Virus record (IMG/VR): IMGVR_UViG_3300007960_000014
Location: 20,207-84,206 of that record
Strand: one strand, 5' to 3'
Length of the DNA stretch: 64,000 nucleotides
From: a virus
Positions 19,401-30,300 of this stretch are shown here, in pieces; the stretch's first letter is position 1; each line of letters begins with the position of its first letter. The notes under the pieces are model-generated. The model searched no databases, was not told the DNA's origin, and saw only the letters and a list, made by a program, of their open reading frames with translations. The position numbers and the translations under genes are program-made.

Positions 19401-20409
19401 CAACACAGATATTTGTAAACTTAATATCCCCGTTACAGTTTTTTACCGTAACCCCACGGAAATAGTTGCCATACATAGCAACGGATAATCTGTTTTTACC
19501 GTACGTAGCTGCAGCTTCATTATCATCATCTAGCTGCACTCTTCTTATTTCTAAGTTTTCCCCGAACCCTGATTGGGTTCTAGGAGCAAAATCGGTTCTA
19601 GTGGCTACGACACTACTAACAATAGATTTGTCTATGCTTCTTTTATATGGATTAATGGTTATCTCATCAGTAGCAGTGAATTCAGCTCCTTTAGAGAAGT
19701 ACATTCTATCCGATTCATTATTTGTGTCGGGAGCTTTCTGAGCAAAGACAGTGGTAAAATAATTTTTCGTTACAGTATCTTGTTGTGCTAAGGCAGTGCC
19801 ATTATAAAAAATTTCCCCTAGGCGTACTGAGGAGACTGCTTTAATACTGCCTTGAAGTCCACTAGCCTCATTAGGGCTATGAATTTTAGTTAGAGCGCTA
19901 AACTGTAAAGTAGTACCGGACGGGTTTGTAATTTGGTCATTAATACTAGCTTCAGTTTTCCCGGCGGCTGTAAGAGCAACCACAGTCTTGGTTACGGCAG
20001 AAGGTCCATAGCCAAAGTTTTGGTTTCTAACTTCAAGCTTTCCTTGACCAACTGTAGTAATATCATTGAAGGTTACTGCTCCTAAGTCCCCGTAAGTACA
20101 CAATTCAATAAGTAAGGGGAAGGATAGCCTGTTTGGAATCCGAGCAATAATATCATCCATGTTATCATAGATTCCGTTAGCCTCATCAGCTACAGAAGAT
20201 AACGTCATAGTAGTGGGTTTGTATTCTTCTCCTGGATAACCAGCATACTGATGAAGCAAATTAGTTCTTTCGATTAATTTAGCAAGAGGAATGTTATCTT
20301 GCTCCCAGTTATAGAACGTGCTGGCATCGAATAAATACCCCTCCTCAAATGTTCTCTTTAGAACATTGTTGCCTCCAGCGGAGCTAAAATCAGTTATATT
20401 AGTAGCCAT
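16405..20409 (-). CDS. Tail fibre or spike with a probable right-handed beta-helix (pectin-lyase-like) region
   Basis: 1334 aa with repeated G-hydrophobic-x-x-x-N-S turns (GFDVNSS, GFRFRNS, GLKSNNS, GIQLNNS, GVEAINS, GFKLLNS). Confidence 0.6.
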   Translation of the reverse strand: MATNITDFSSAGGNNVLKRTFEEGYLFDASTFYNWEQDNIPLAKLIERTNLLHQYAGYPGEEYKPTTMTLSSVADEANGIYDNMDDIIARIPNRLSFPLLIELCTYGDLGAVTFNDITTVGQGKLEVRNQNFGYGPSAVTKTVVALTAAGKTEASINDQITNPSGTTLQFSALTKIHSPNEASGLQGSIKAVSSVRLGEIFYNGTALAQQDTVTKNYFTTVFAQKAPDTNNESDRMYFSKGAEFTATDEITINPYKRSIDKSIVSSVVATRTDFAPRTQSGFGENLEIRRVQLDDDNEAAATYGKNRLSVAMYGNYFRGVTVKNCNGDIKFTNICVDGASGTDSEASFLLSHNTEHGFDVNSSDIILQNAAVCRTRSSGFRFRNSEIGVLGNMIAYRVYPKNTDGTRSKKYFGTGLKSNNSTIVFSDTPLGTGVLTSFNRFQVTFAKNDIGIQLNNSTIEGGTFQDGEVRPNAGGLDYTTGIIQSYQNYLYGVEAINSELNYLGRWDVFNNREGFKLLNSVMRSPQFTSDDNQGLGINLEGSQLVYGYRGDELYGYNAGGNYRIPNGGQVFNGTWLQSKPAFAVSYNGQNLRAANNSSVKPWYQDTNASSIPDYMGNWGGQSIDYYEGRNDTDNAASGSFATWHGSEYSRYKNDAGYNGGSATDVPCVVVEGNSDVELVNFCAAAEENSPGKGRIAYVTDGSKVAFRGTNASNTTFFLDTSGGTIGSQARVWTSSPICADNGSTIELTGPTKISRFGVGALADNNSLVKFTTPSNGAIPEVVKYGLLDSRNHTQVEVHSSRACFVANKNSGIILENLGGFPFGFVSSVPGAAGQGTAPSSISVKYSGLYKSENYITSSLWWSSCSGAYVQTYPNGFSTNTPAAYNAATSATGKAHRQSRLLVDTASEAMDNVTTGGMVARAVNGSYIDVLGVNFKMDVNKHNLSGVVYNPTNYGREQYPDGEPGNDWGDQATSGGFQGNGGGGAYEGGIGQGNQYQYDFSSDCSQMPPIHFQASSFGTRLHIWNIADTSRIKVQDVLINGNNPYSECVSKGYHGPSGKWGNGVALDYFGEFGAAQRYATYTPGNPNNNGEVGAAGFQNYGIFRLMLGHRGDVKTFYGVSSDLWQNSVTPTSGSYQYTFGADGEGWALDQINSQGYMSFFGQGNSLPGALSNGAQGRRYFTQINPATQDRFSTSGADYVFGFGLPAGTMGVASYVNPDINYYTPASFNPGSASGMDINPYIENTDSGLTNITASPAFAIPPLHGDWQGYMRNFVDESGACLFQNAKHLATRQIGGISIYRSTVSTGGEGRDGSPTAVDFSPGVRSLNIFDLDSLV

Positions 20410-20984
20410 TAGAATTCAATTGTCCATCTAAAATCTAGAATAAAGTCCGACGTTTTTGTTATGTCGTTAAATTTTCTATAAGCACATAAGTAAGATTTGC
20501 CTATTGTCGTTTGGTGTGGGTTTTTACTGAACAAGCCTATCTCATTTAAAACTTGGCTATTCGCAGTGTTTTCATCAAGGATTATGCGCCATCTAACTTT
20601 TGTATCCGTTACTTTATCTATGTACGCATTGGGAATTACACCAAAACCCTCCCCTCTATGCTCGATGCCTGACGCAACTAAACTTTGTTCTACCGTTTCG
20701 ATTGTGTCGCCATAAGCTGTTCTTGCAATCGCAGCTCCTAGTCTACCATTGGAAGATACTTGATAGTTAAAAGTGCTATCGCCCTCAGTTCCAAGTTGGA
20801 ACAAAGTAATTTGAAAATTTCTTATATCTGAAGTTGCTGAAGCACCAAAAGCTAACGCCAAGCTAGCTCCCATTCCACTACAAACAACATTGTCTTCTTC
20901 AAAGTGCAACTCCTCACCTCCATCTGGAAAAACTTTCCAAATCTCTAGGTGTCCCTTGTAATCGCAGTAGTCGTTAAAATTCAT
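20409..20984 (-). CDS. Baseplate / fibre-attachment protein
   Basis: KGHLEIW...DNVV, LNEIGLF and AYRKF..ITKTSDF.LDFRWTIEF, typical of myophage baseplate-fibre junction proteins. Confidence 0.6.
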   Translation of the reverse strand: MNFNDYCDYKGHLEIWKVFPDGGEELHFEEDNVVCSGMGASLALAFGASATSDIRNFQITLFQLGTEGDSTFNYQVSSNGRLGAAIARTAYGDTIETVEQSLVASGIEHRGEGFGVIPNAYIDKVTDTKVRWRIILDENTANSQVLNEIGLFSKNPHQTTIGKSYLCAYRKFNDITKTSDFILDFRWTIEF

Positions 20985-20985
20985 G

Positions 20986-23900
20986 CTAAAAATATAGTGT
21001 CCATATTATAGTTAGTTTATCTGAGTTATCTCCAAGTTTTAATCCTCCTGGGAAAAATACTTTCTTAGCAAACAAATCAAACACGGGTTCATTTTCAATT
21101 AATTGTTCTGAGGTATATAGGCTACTATCGTAGTATGCACCATCATAGACTCTATCAATACTCATAAAGTTAGGAGCGCTCCAATCTGTGCTGAACGCAC
21201 TTACATCATTGTCCAGATATCCGGAATCAGTGAGGGCAAAATTATAGTCAGCAATTACATCCCCATTTGTAGTATTAGTTAATTTAACTTCGTCTAATCT
21301 AATCTCATTCCTGCCTGCCAACGAGGTTTCTTGGTCTTTGGCGAAGTACCACATGACATCATTTTCGCCTGCGGCAGACGCTGCTATGGAGAATGATTTA
21401 TTGAAGCTTTGCCATTGATTTTGTTTTCCAGCAAGCTCAACAACTCCAAAATGAGGAGAGCTTACATACCCTTTGGGAGTTCCTTGAGTCCCTAAATCGT
21501 CAACAACTTTATATTTAAATGATAAGGTCATTGCGTTTCCAACCCCTGAAGCCCAGCCCGATGGGTCAAAGGAAGGAGAACCAAAACCTGTATGGAACAA
21601 CCGAGAAACATTTTTTCTATTAACGTTATCCACAGGCTCTTCTTTTGCCCGCAAACACATAGAGTTTCGATATTGGGCTCCTTCAACAACGGCAGCGGGT
21701 GTAGGAGCTCCAGCATACCCAGCCAAATCACCCAAAGTCATTGTACTACTAAAGGGATATTGTGAGCCTGAAACCAAATACGGGGGAACAGCCATAGCTC
21801 TTTCGCTTCCTCGTTTCCGGGCTGTTTCTATCAAATTCATTGTATGCAAACCAACAGATTCAATGCCTCCATATTTCTTATCAAGAAGCTCCCATTCATC
21901 CCGTGATAGTGTAATCGCATACTTAACTCTAGGCTGTGCCATATCATCTCCAGGAGCACAAAGTCTCCTCAATGACAGATTGTCTACAGCCATGACTGAT
22001 GAAACAGCGTTTGCTGGAGATGCTGCACCCAGTGTATCATATATAAGGTTATGCCATTGTAGGTGACCATCAAGCTCCCCAGTCAGTGGCTCGTAAAAAC
22101 CTACCGCGCTGACGGAAGAAAATTCATTTGGACTGTTATCTTGTAGCCACTTCATCTCTGTGTCAGAGGCTAAGACTAAGAACTCTGTATCCGTTCCGGT
22201 ATCAGACTGCTCTAATAGCGCTACCGTTTGGTCCCGCCCGTCTCCACCTAAAAATTGAACATCTTGCTCCGCCAAATAGTTATAACCACTTGGAGCTGTT
22301 TCTTGATTAAACGAATAAGACAGTCCTTTAAGGTTTGCAGGCTCACCATCGTCGTCTCCAGACAATACTAAAGACCATCTAGAATCCCCTGGCTTCGAAG
22401 CATAAGCCCACTGTTGACCGGGGGTTGTATTCGGGTTGGTTCCTGATGTTATGGAAGAAAGGAAAGATATAGAGTCTCTTCCTTGTAGTCCTGTATACCA
22501 ATTGTTTGCTCCGTCATGGTCGTTAGTGCTTCCGCTAACCAGATAACCTCCTTCAAAGTTACCGTTGCTTCCCATCACATCAACTGAGGAAACGGATAAT
22601 AAATTATCAGTTAAGTAAAATACTCCGTAAGAACCTACGTGCGGAGCCTTTGTCTTAGCAGTAGAGGAAAAATAAACATCGTAACACGGCTGCATTACAA
22701 ATCCACAACTAGAATCAAACAAAGTACTTTTGCCATAAGGCATTCTTTGCTGCTCTAGAATGTAACCATTAGGAGTGATTACGGAGAACCGGTTAAGATT
22801 TCCATACAACGTCGTGGGAGTATCTGTTGCTGCTCCTCCCGCGCCCGACATATACAATATCCCTTCCGCAGGGGGATAACATCCATCAACCAAGGCTTCT
22901 TCTAAAGTTTTATCTCCAGTTGCATAATTAGCCGAAGTATAGAACTCAATATTGTTTAAGAAGTGACCTAGCTTTCCAGGAGTTCCTGGCGTGGCAGGTT
23001 GAATTGAAGTATCTTCTGGGTTTGGGAACTCAGGATAGACAGAGCTAACATCTTTATAGTCATACTGAGAATAGAACCTAAGGTTCCGAAGGTAAAACTG
23101 ACCTTTGCCCGTCTGCGGAGCAAACATTACAGTAAATATTCTTGGGTCAGAGGTTCTGCCTTCCCACTTAGGAATACTAATACCACTAGTAATCCAGTCA
23201 TGTCCTGGGTAGTAATCTTTTAAAGACTCGTTTGGAACCTTAAAAGGCTTCGTAACCTTTCTATACTTTGATAGCGAAAGAGGATAATTGTCGTTATCTA
23301 CCAGCCACGTATTTGTTGTGAAATCCCATACCTGCCGTTCTTTCGTATCTGTGTTGTATATTTGGAAAGCTTTGTACAGACTATCGAAACCTCCGCCCCA
23401 ATGGTCTACAGCAACGGAAGCTTCTTTACTAGTAAAGCCAAGGTTAGATATGTAATCTGAGTAGCAAATAGTAGGCTTCTGGTACTTGGTCGTATCCGAA
23501 CCAGAAACACCTAAGAATTGAGTGCCGGAAAAATCTCTTACAAAGATTTTAGGAATATCAGGCTCGTCTGTTTGAGGGTCTACAAAGTGAGTATGCCACC
23601 CTCCTACTAAGCCTACAGGAACATTGTCTACCTCTTCTGAAGTAGAAATGTTAGATTGATTAGATAGAATCGGACCGCCGTAAGCTCCTAGGGAAACGTC
23701 AACTAGCTCAACTTTATTTATTTTTACAGAACAGCCCTTGTTAAAGATTAAGAACAAGCTGTAAGTACTATTTTCGGTTGCACTTCCTTTCGCCGCGAAA
23801 GATGTTCCGTCGCTTCCGTTGGCTAGTGTTCCCATCATCTCATTCATACCATGAATAGGAATACAGATTTGGCTGTTGCCGGATAGTGAATATTCAGTGC

Positions 23901-26900
23901 TTGGAATTCCTTCCCCTAAAGAACCACTTAGGCTTTGTGGAGAAACAGCAAACAAGTCGCTTTCACTAGTTCCAATTTTAGTCCAAGTCCCATCCCCATC
24001 ATAAAAGAATACCCTTGGTTGAATAGCCTCAGTAGGTACGTCCGCTAAATTATATTGGAAGTGAGCTACAGTATCAGTGCACGTAGGATAGTTTCCTCTT
24101 ATTGAGAAGTCTGTAACGTAGCATTGTTGATTTGCTATACTCTCTGCGCTCGTATCGTCCTTATCTACGTCTCCATCCTTTGCAATCGTAAAGAACTCGA
24201 ATCCCGCGCTAAAGGTATCATCATCGTTTAGTATCCACGCAGCCTGTCTGTTAATAGCTGGAGTGTAAACTAGCTGCTCTTCGTTTCTAATCTCATTAAA
24301 CGGACTCCCTCCCTTACTAAATCTAAATCTATAGTTTTCTATATCCGGGTCTTCCGCAGCGGGCTTGTCTCCGACAAAACGTTTGAGAGAAAAATTATAA
24401 TAAAAACGAGTAGACTGAGGTCCGTTTAAAAATAAGTAACAACCAACATCTCTACTATCTGATATTGCATTAGATTCTAGTTCAGAGGTGTAAGTGGCGG
24501 ATAGTTCGCGTCGTGCGCTATCCACACTAAAAGTATACTTAGAGTTAGGAGCTAACGGAACATACAAGAATTGAGAAGGATGAAATTGTACTGCCCTCTC
24601 ATCTCTATTGTGGTATTCTGGGTTAGTAGTAGGAAGACCTCGATAGGAATCAACCTTTCTATCCGCAGCGCAGGGGTTTAGTATAGAGTTATATCCTGTG
24701 TATAAATTACCGGTGTTGTTTCCGCCTCCGTTTACCCCGTGATATATTCCGATTAATTTAGCAACGTCGGACTCCCCGTTCTGATTGTTTGTATAATCTG
24801 AATGCCATAACGAAACCGCTATTGAAGAGTCTTGGTTAAGTTGCTGCTTCTCAGCATCGATAATTAGATTATATTTTTTGTTTGGGTCGATGTCTGAGAA
24901 GGTTTGACCTATGTAGGTCAGCTCATCAAAGTTACTACCGTTGGTTGCATTGAAATTGGCTAATGCGTCAACCGCACTAAACATTATTCCCGTGCCGTGG
25001 ACTCCTCCTGGAAGTTGTAGCGAGGAGCGATTTGTAAGAGGATTGTTATTTAAGGCTTGGTGCCCGTACTCCCAGCCTTTCAGTCGTCCGAAACGAATAT
25101 TCTTAACAATGTACTTTGCAAGATGGTCAGCTCCGTCAACACCATCAGCGTCAATAATTATTCTAAACTTATCTCTAGTGTACGCTGTGGGTAATGTAAT
25201 AACTTTAGATACGCTTACAAACTCACCGGAAACAGCATTGCCATTTGCCTCACTAATCTCAAAAGGAACATTAGTTCCCCATTCCCCTTCTACATACCCA
25301 GATGCATCGTCAGTCCTAAAAGCGTAGTAAGTATCTTTAGATTCATTTACCAAACTCACTTTAATTCCTTTTGAAGTCGCAGACGCCACATACACATCCA
25401 TAGACATAGTCATTATTGGAGTGTGCATACCTCCGTCATTTAACTCTACCGTAGAGAACCACTCCGCCGCATAGTTAGGAATATTAAAAGATTGAGATAT
25501 ACTTGCACAAGCACTTAGGTCAAACGATTGCAACGCAGATGCTTGCAGCACCGCTCCGGTTTCTCCTATCGAATTACGATACAGGGTTACTGAACCCAAC
25601 GCACTAGCTTCATCAATTGGGTTAGAAGAGTTGGATAGAGGATTTATTACATCCCAGTTGGCAAAATCCACTAACCCTAAAGAAGACGCTAAGTAATCTG
25701 GAGCGTTGGTTAAGAAGGAGTATTTGCTTAAATCAGAATTAAAGAGATAATTCTCTCTCTCACCAAACGTTGGATTAGCTACAGAATAAACGTCACTATC
25801 GACAAGCTCTATACTTTCTAAAGCAACGAAGCCTTTTTCGTACAAGTATCTTCTAGGTAATATAAACCTAGCGACAAAATCACTACGAAGGTTAACTAGG
25901 AAGTTATCTTCTCTTTGTGGTAGCGGGTCGAAGGAAACAACAGTAGGTTGATTTGGTTTTAATTCAACTGTTTTATAATCTTCATAGGGTGTGAATATCT
26001 TCCGCTCAAAATTAAAATATTCTTGTTTTTCGTATGCAGTACTGAAAGGAACATTAGGCTTAGTTCTTCTATAAAATGCTACTTCAAAAGGAACACTAGA
26101 TTCCCCGTTTAAGCGCAGAGTTATAGGCTGCGTTGGAAGTGAAGGAATGGGAGCGTCAACTATAACGTAATCCTGTCCTTTGGTTTTGGTCACGCAATAG
26201 GCATCTACCGTATCTCCTTTAGCATTAGTATAAGAATACTTAATCTCAGGCTCCCCTTCTACTTGAGTTTCAGGAAGCAGAGATGTACTCCTAGCTTGAT
26301 TTCCATAAGATAGTTGCGCGGCTACGTTTTTATTTCCTTTATTTCCTACTGTATCAAAAATATGGTTATTAAGAGAAGGAGCTTTAGCAAATATAACAGA
26401 GCTAACGCCACTCATCTCTAAGTATTGTGCGCTGGCTGCAGTATAGTTATACTGCACTCCGTACCGGGAATCATGAGCGTCAAAGTTCTGTTTAGCAGAA
26501 CCCAAGGTCATAGCTTTTATTTGGTAGTTTCCTATTTCATCTAGATTAGGAGTCTTGTTTGTGTGCAGGCGGCGAACAACCACATTGTCTATGAAAAGTT
26601 GTGATTCGTCAAAGTTACTAGTGTTCGAATACGCAAAAGCATCTAAACACATAGTAGTTCCAGTGGTTGGTTGCCTGAAATCGTAAACCCCACTAACTGT
26701 AAACCAATCGTTGGTTGCCCACCCTGAATTAGAACTAGCTGCTAAAGTTACACTAGAAGTTGCGATATTGCCAGGAGTTAACTGTCTAAGCTTTATGGTC
26801 TTATCGGCAATAGAACCATTACCGTTTTTAACGTCCGCCTGAACGTAATAGAAATATCCTGAAGGACAGGAGATACTACTAAGAACTAACCTAGCTCCTA

Positions 26901-27342
26901 TTTCATCATCACTTCCTGGGCTCGTAGCACTTACGGCAAGATATCCGTCAGACTGATTACTAGTTGACGACCATATTAGTGCTACCTCATCTGCGGGGGT
27001 TGTCTTCCCCCAAAAAATATCAGATACTATTCGGAAGTTGTCGTCTGTTGGAGGGAAGTTTTTAACAGCTCCAGCTCCTGAATTCTTAGTGGAGGATAAA
27101 AAAGAACTGGAATCAAAGTACGCAGAGTTATAATTGGAATCAGCAACCAGATTAGTGCCTAAGTAAAAGATACTTCCATCAGGAGTTTTATAGGTATCAA
27201 CAGCTCCAGAAGGAGCTGGGATATGGGTTAGCATATTGACGATAGTTTGTTTTCCACCGTCTACAATCATGTTATTATCCCGATAAACAACCTCAGAACC
27301 TCCGGATTGTTTATGTTGAACTACTTCTACGATTCCTCTCAT
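20986..27342 (-). CDS. Giant baseplate/fibre protein (about 2118 aa) with multiple carbohydrate-binding-like beta-sandwich domains
   Basis: Both termini resemble the 191-aa neighbour. Internal NLVADSNY, NYLFNSDL and NGNFEGG starts and IDNVVV, VDNLSL and LDEVKL ends are CBM-like. Start set at MRGIVEV (27342), just after the upstream stop. Confidence 0.6.
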   Translation of the reverse strand: MRGIVEVVQHKQSGGSEVVYRDNNMIVDGGKQTIVNMLTHIPAPSGAVDTYKTPDGSIFYLGTNLVADSNYNSAYFDSSSFLSSTKNSGAGAVKNFPPTDDNFRIVSDIFWGKTTPADEVALIWSSTSNQSDGYLAVSATSPGSDDEIGARLVLSSISCPSGYFYYVQADVKNGNGSIADKTIKLRQLTPGNIATSSVTLAASSNSGWATNDWFTVSGVYDFRQPTTGTTMCLDAFAYSNTSNFDESQLFIDNVVVRRLHTNKTPNLDEIGNYQIKAMTLGSAKQNFDAHDSRYGVQYNYTAASAQYLEMSGVSSVIFAKAPSLNNHIFDTVGNKGNKNVAAQLSYGNQARSTSLLPETQVEGEPEIKYSYTNAKGDTVDAYCVTKTKGQDYVIVDAPIPSLPTQPITLRLNGESSVPFEVAFYRRTKPNVPFSTAYEKQEYFNFERKIFTPYEDYKTVELKPNQPTVVSFDPLPQREDNFLVNLRSDFVARFILPRRYLYEKGFVALESIELVDSDVYSVANPTFGERENYLFNSDLSKYSFLTNAPDYLASSLGLVDFANWDVINPLSNSSNPIDEASALGSVTLYRNSIGETGAVLQASALQSFDLSACASISQSFNIPNYAAEWFSTVELNDGGMHTPIMTMSMDVYVASATSKGIKVSLVNESKDTYYAFRTDDASGYVEGEWGTNVPFEISEANGNAVSGEFVSVSKVITLPTAYTRDKFRIIIDADGVDGADHLAKYIVKNIRFGRLKGWEYGHQALNNNPLTNRSSLQLPGGVHGTGIMFSAVDALANFNATNGSNFDELTYIGQTFSDIDPNKKYNLIIDAEKQQLNQDSSIAVSLWHSDYTNNQNGESDVAKLIGIYHGVNGGGNNTGNLYTGYNSILNPCAADRKVDSYRGLPTTNPEYHNRDERAVQFHPSQFLYVPLAPNSKYTFSVDSARRELSATYTSELESNAISDSRDVGCYLFLNGPQSTRFYYNFSLKRFVGDKPAAEDPDIENYRFRFSKGGSPFNEIRNEEQLVYTPAINRQAAWILNDDDTFSAGFEFFTIAKDGDVDKDDTSAESIANQQCYVTDFSIRGNYPTCTDTVAHFQYNLADVPTEAIQPRVFFYDGDGTWTKIGTSESDLFAVSPQSLSGSLGEGIPSTEYSLSGNSQICIPIHGMNEMMGTLANGSDGTSFAAKGSATENSTYSLFLIFNKGCSVKINKVELVDVSLGAYGGPILSNQSNISTSEEVDNVPVGLVGGWHTHFVDPQTDEPDIPKIFVRDFSGTQFLGVSGSDTTKYQKPTICYSDYISNLGFTSKEASVAVDHWGGGFDSLYKAFQIYNTDTKERQVWDFTTNTWLVDNDNYPLSLSKYRKVTKPFKVPNESLKDYYPGHDWITSGISIPKWEGRTSDPRIFTVMFAPQTGKGQFYLRNLRFYSQYDYKDVSSVYPEFPNPEDTSIQPATPGTPGKLGHFLNNIEFYTSANYATGDKTLEEALVDGCYPPAEGILYMSGAGGAATDTPTTLYGNLNRFSVITPNGYILEQQRMPYGKSTLFDSSCGFVMQPCYDVYFSSTAKTKAPHVGSYGVFYLTDNLLSVSSVDVMGSNGNFEGGYLVSGSTNDHDGANNWYTGLQGRDSISFLSSITSGTNPNTTPGQQWAYASKPGDSRWSLVLSGDDDGEPANLKGLSYSFNQETAPSGYNYLAEQDVQFLGGDGRDQTVALLEQSDTGTDTEFLVLASDTEMKWLQDNSPNEFSSVSAVGFYEPLTGELDGHLQWHNLIYDTLGAASPANAVSSVMAVDNLSLRRLCAPGDDMAQPRVKYAITLSRDEWELLDKKYGGIESVGLHTMNLIETARKRGSERAMAVPPYLVSGSQYPFSSTMTLGDLAGYAGAPTPAAVVEGAQYRNSMCLRAKEEPVDNVNRKNVSRLFHTGFGSPSFDPSGWASGVGNAMTLSFKYKVVDDLGTQGTPKGYVSSPHFGVVELAGKQNQWQSFNKSFSIAASAAGENDVMWYFAKDQETSLAGRNEIRLDEVKLTNTTNGDVIADYNFALTDSGYLDNDVSAFSTDWSAPNFMSIDRVYDGAYYDSSLYTSEQLIENEPVFDLFAKKVFFPGGLKLGDNSDKLTIIWTLYF

Positions 27343-27343
27343 T

Positions 27344-30300
27344 TTAAATACTGTACGGTGTCCAACCGCTAACTTGGTAATCAATAGTTGATTCTAATGG
27401 TCCTCCCCAAGGTTCTAGATATTCAGACCTAGCGCCGCCTTTAGTACCCAAACCTAATTCTTCACCTTTAGCCAAATCTCTAGTAGCTGTCGTCAGCCTT
27501 AGGGTATTAAAGTATTCTAAGAAATTTTTTGCCTCAGTTGTCGTCAAATTTTTAACTGATTCATTATACTCAACGTCCACAATGTTCAAGTTCCTCAGCC
27601 TGATATAAGGTCTGTTGGCATCGCTAATCACTTGTCTTTCCGGCATGAGTGGTATAAACTCCAGAGTATAGGAAGTATCAGAAGTATGTATGTTTCCATA
27701 CTCCGGACCTCTACTTATAGACATAAGCTGTCGCGTTTCAGGGTCTATCGGACCTCGGTGATTGTCTGTAGTGAACTCGAACTCAATCTTTTTAGTTTGA
27801 GGTACAGAGCCAGAAAGAACATCTATAAACGGAGGCAACTCCTGCATGGAGATGTTCATATTTTTACTTAAATCTCCAGGAGAGTTTAGTTGCCACCTAG
27901 CTCCAACACCGTTCCAGTCGTAAGCAAAACTCTTCATTGCGGAACCATTCACTAAAGGATTAGGAGTTGTTACTAATCTAATTCCTAAATAATCGGTTAA
28001 GCCTTCCGGGTCATGATAATCCACATACACCTCGGCTCTATACTTTCTATTAGGATACAAAGTATTTGATTGTTGCTTGGATATCGTCGCTTTGAACAAC
28101 ATATCTAACGTATAACTGCCGGTATTAGCACTAGAATACGGAGCAATCCACAACTTCCACCTGTCAGTTGGGGAGAAGGTTATATTTTGCGAAACATTTC
28201 CATCTATATTAGCAGAGACGGGAACATTAAACTCTTTAGATACTGTGTAAGATTTATTAGTAATCTCTCCCGCAGCAGGAGCTAAGCGATAGAAGGCAGT
28301 TTCCGTTCCCCAGGTGCCGTCGGATGGTTTATAAAAAACGTTCTTTGTTACGTTTCCGAGCACGAATCCAAATCCAGCAGTAGCCGCTAGTGAAGAAGCA
28401 GTTAATTCAATCTTGTAGTTCTCTCCGGGGATTAATGTTAAAGGACTATTTACAGCTTCTTCTTGCCTGCCTTCGTTTACGGTCGCAATCATTGATTTCT
28501 CATTGCCGCCGACCAAGGTAGGAGGATTATCTTTACTAAAGAATACGAGAACATCTTCGTAAGTTCCTGGAACCCCACTGTAATCTGCGAAATTAACTGA
28601 GCTAGGAGTTACCCAACCATAATTAGAAGGGAGAGCGCCGCTCCGGAACCTTGGAGTTCGTAGTGGGTCTAGAAGTTCCCAGTTAGATACCGCAGACAAA
28701 GAAGAACTTTCTAAGGTTCTGGCGGATGTGGGTTCTAATTTAAAGTCTCCGTTAGCAAGGAGATTAAAGTTTTTAGATAATGGGAACCTAACTCTAAGAG
28801 CATTGGACTTATCTGTAACATCTTCTTTACCCCCGAACACGGTAATACTCTTGTCTAATGCTGTAGAGGTAAGATATGGGTTACATCCGTCAGTAAAATC
28901 TTTATAGTTAAATACTGCTAAGTTGTTAGTGCCTTCTTTACACACCAACTCAATTCCAGATAAGATAGATTGGTTAGCCCAGATGTTGGTCTCTTTCCCA
29001 AACTCATACGTATCAAACACACTCTTATAAGAACCAAACCCTTGGCTAAAAATCAAACCTCTTAACGTGGCAGCTATCAGTCTACCGTTAGGGTCTTCAA
29101 AGGATTCCCCTACAATGCCGTCACTTCCAGCAATGTTTGCAAACTGTAAAGAACTGAGAGCAGTTCTATCTCCATCCCTATACGCACGCAACCCAGAGAA
29201 CTCGTAGTCTTGCCCAGGTAAGTTAGTGGCGGATGCGGCGGGACCACGCGTATTAAAGTCGTTGTTAAATACTAAAGGTCCGAAGGCGAAAGCTAATGCG
29301 TCGTGTCCACCTCCAGATAGATTTAAATTAAATTTACTAGGGTCCTTATAATCTAACCATAGCTGATGGAACCCGGAACCAAACTCAGAATATATCATGT
29401 TATGCTCTGAGAAGTCTAGGAAGGAGTAATCATCTTTTCCTCTACGCAATGCGTAATCGATAAAGATTTGCTTAGGAGATTTAGTAAACTGCCTTCTCTT
29501 TTCGTTGCTGCTACTACAGTCCAGTAACTCTTCTATCGCACGGTAAGGGAAGGAAAGATTTACAGGGACTCCTAAAATATTTGCATCAGGAGCATTACCC
29601 CGAATAACATTTTCATCAATGAATGCCGTATTTGAGGCATCGTAAATACCGCTCATAGCATTAATTGCAGGAGATATAAAGTTCTGTCCGGAGAAGTTAA
29701 ATCCCTTCGGAAGATATTGAGGTAAGTAGCCTGTTTCTGTTGGTATCAGGTCTAGTCTTCCACTTGTAGCGAAGGCGTTAGATATCGGAGCAGACCGTCC
29801 TTCTCGATTATAATTAGAACCGCTTAGGAGGTACCGATAACTTCTTCTCCTAATGGAGTTCCGCTCTAAGCCAGCGGCGGGTTCCCAAAATACAGGAGCT
29901 ACCTTAACATTGGCAATACCTAATACGCTAGTTTCTGAATGAGCAGTGGTATACCCCCCAGCGCGTCTATACGCAAACGCTCCAAACCAGACCGAAGGAC
30001 CAACTAATGCGGACGGGTTCAATGAAGATGTAGAGGAAACCCCTATGCTTCCCCCGTCACTGGGATATTCAAAATCCTGTTCTTTATAATGCCATGCCGT
30101 TCCTGAGGCTAAGGTGGAATCATTATTAGCAACCAAATTGACAGTTTCTATGTCCTCTGAATCAAAGGGTTCAGCTTGCTGAATATTAAAGGATATGGAC
30201 TTGTCTCGTTTATCTCCTGTCGCCGCTCTATACCAGAATGAGATTCTATATCTTTGACCTGGAGTAAATCTACTCGGGTCCATAAAAATAACATTTCCCC

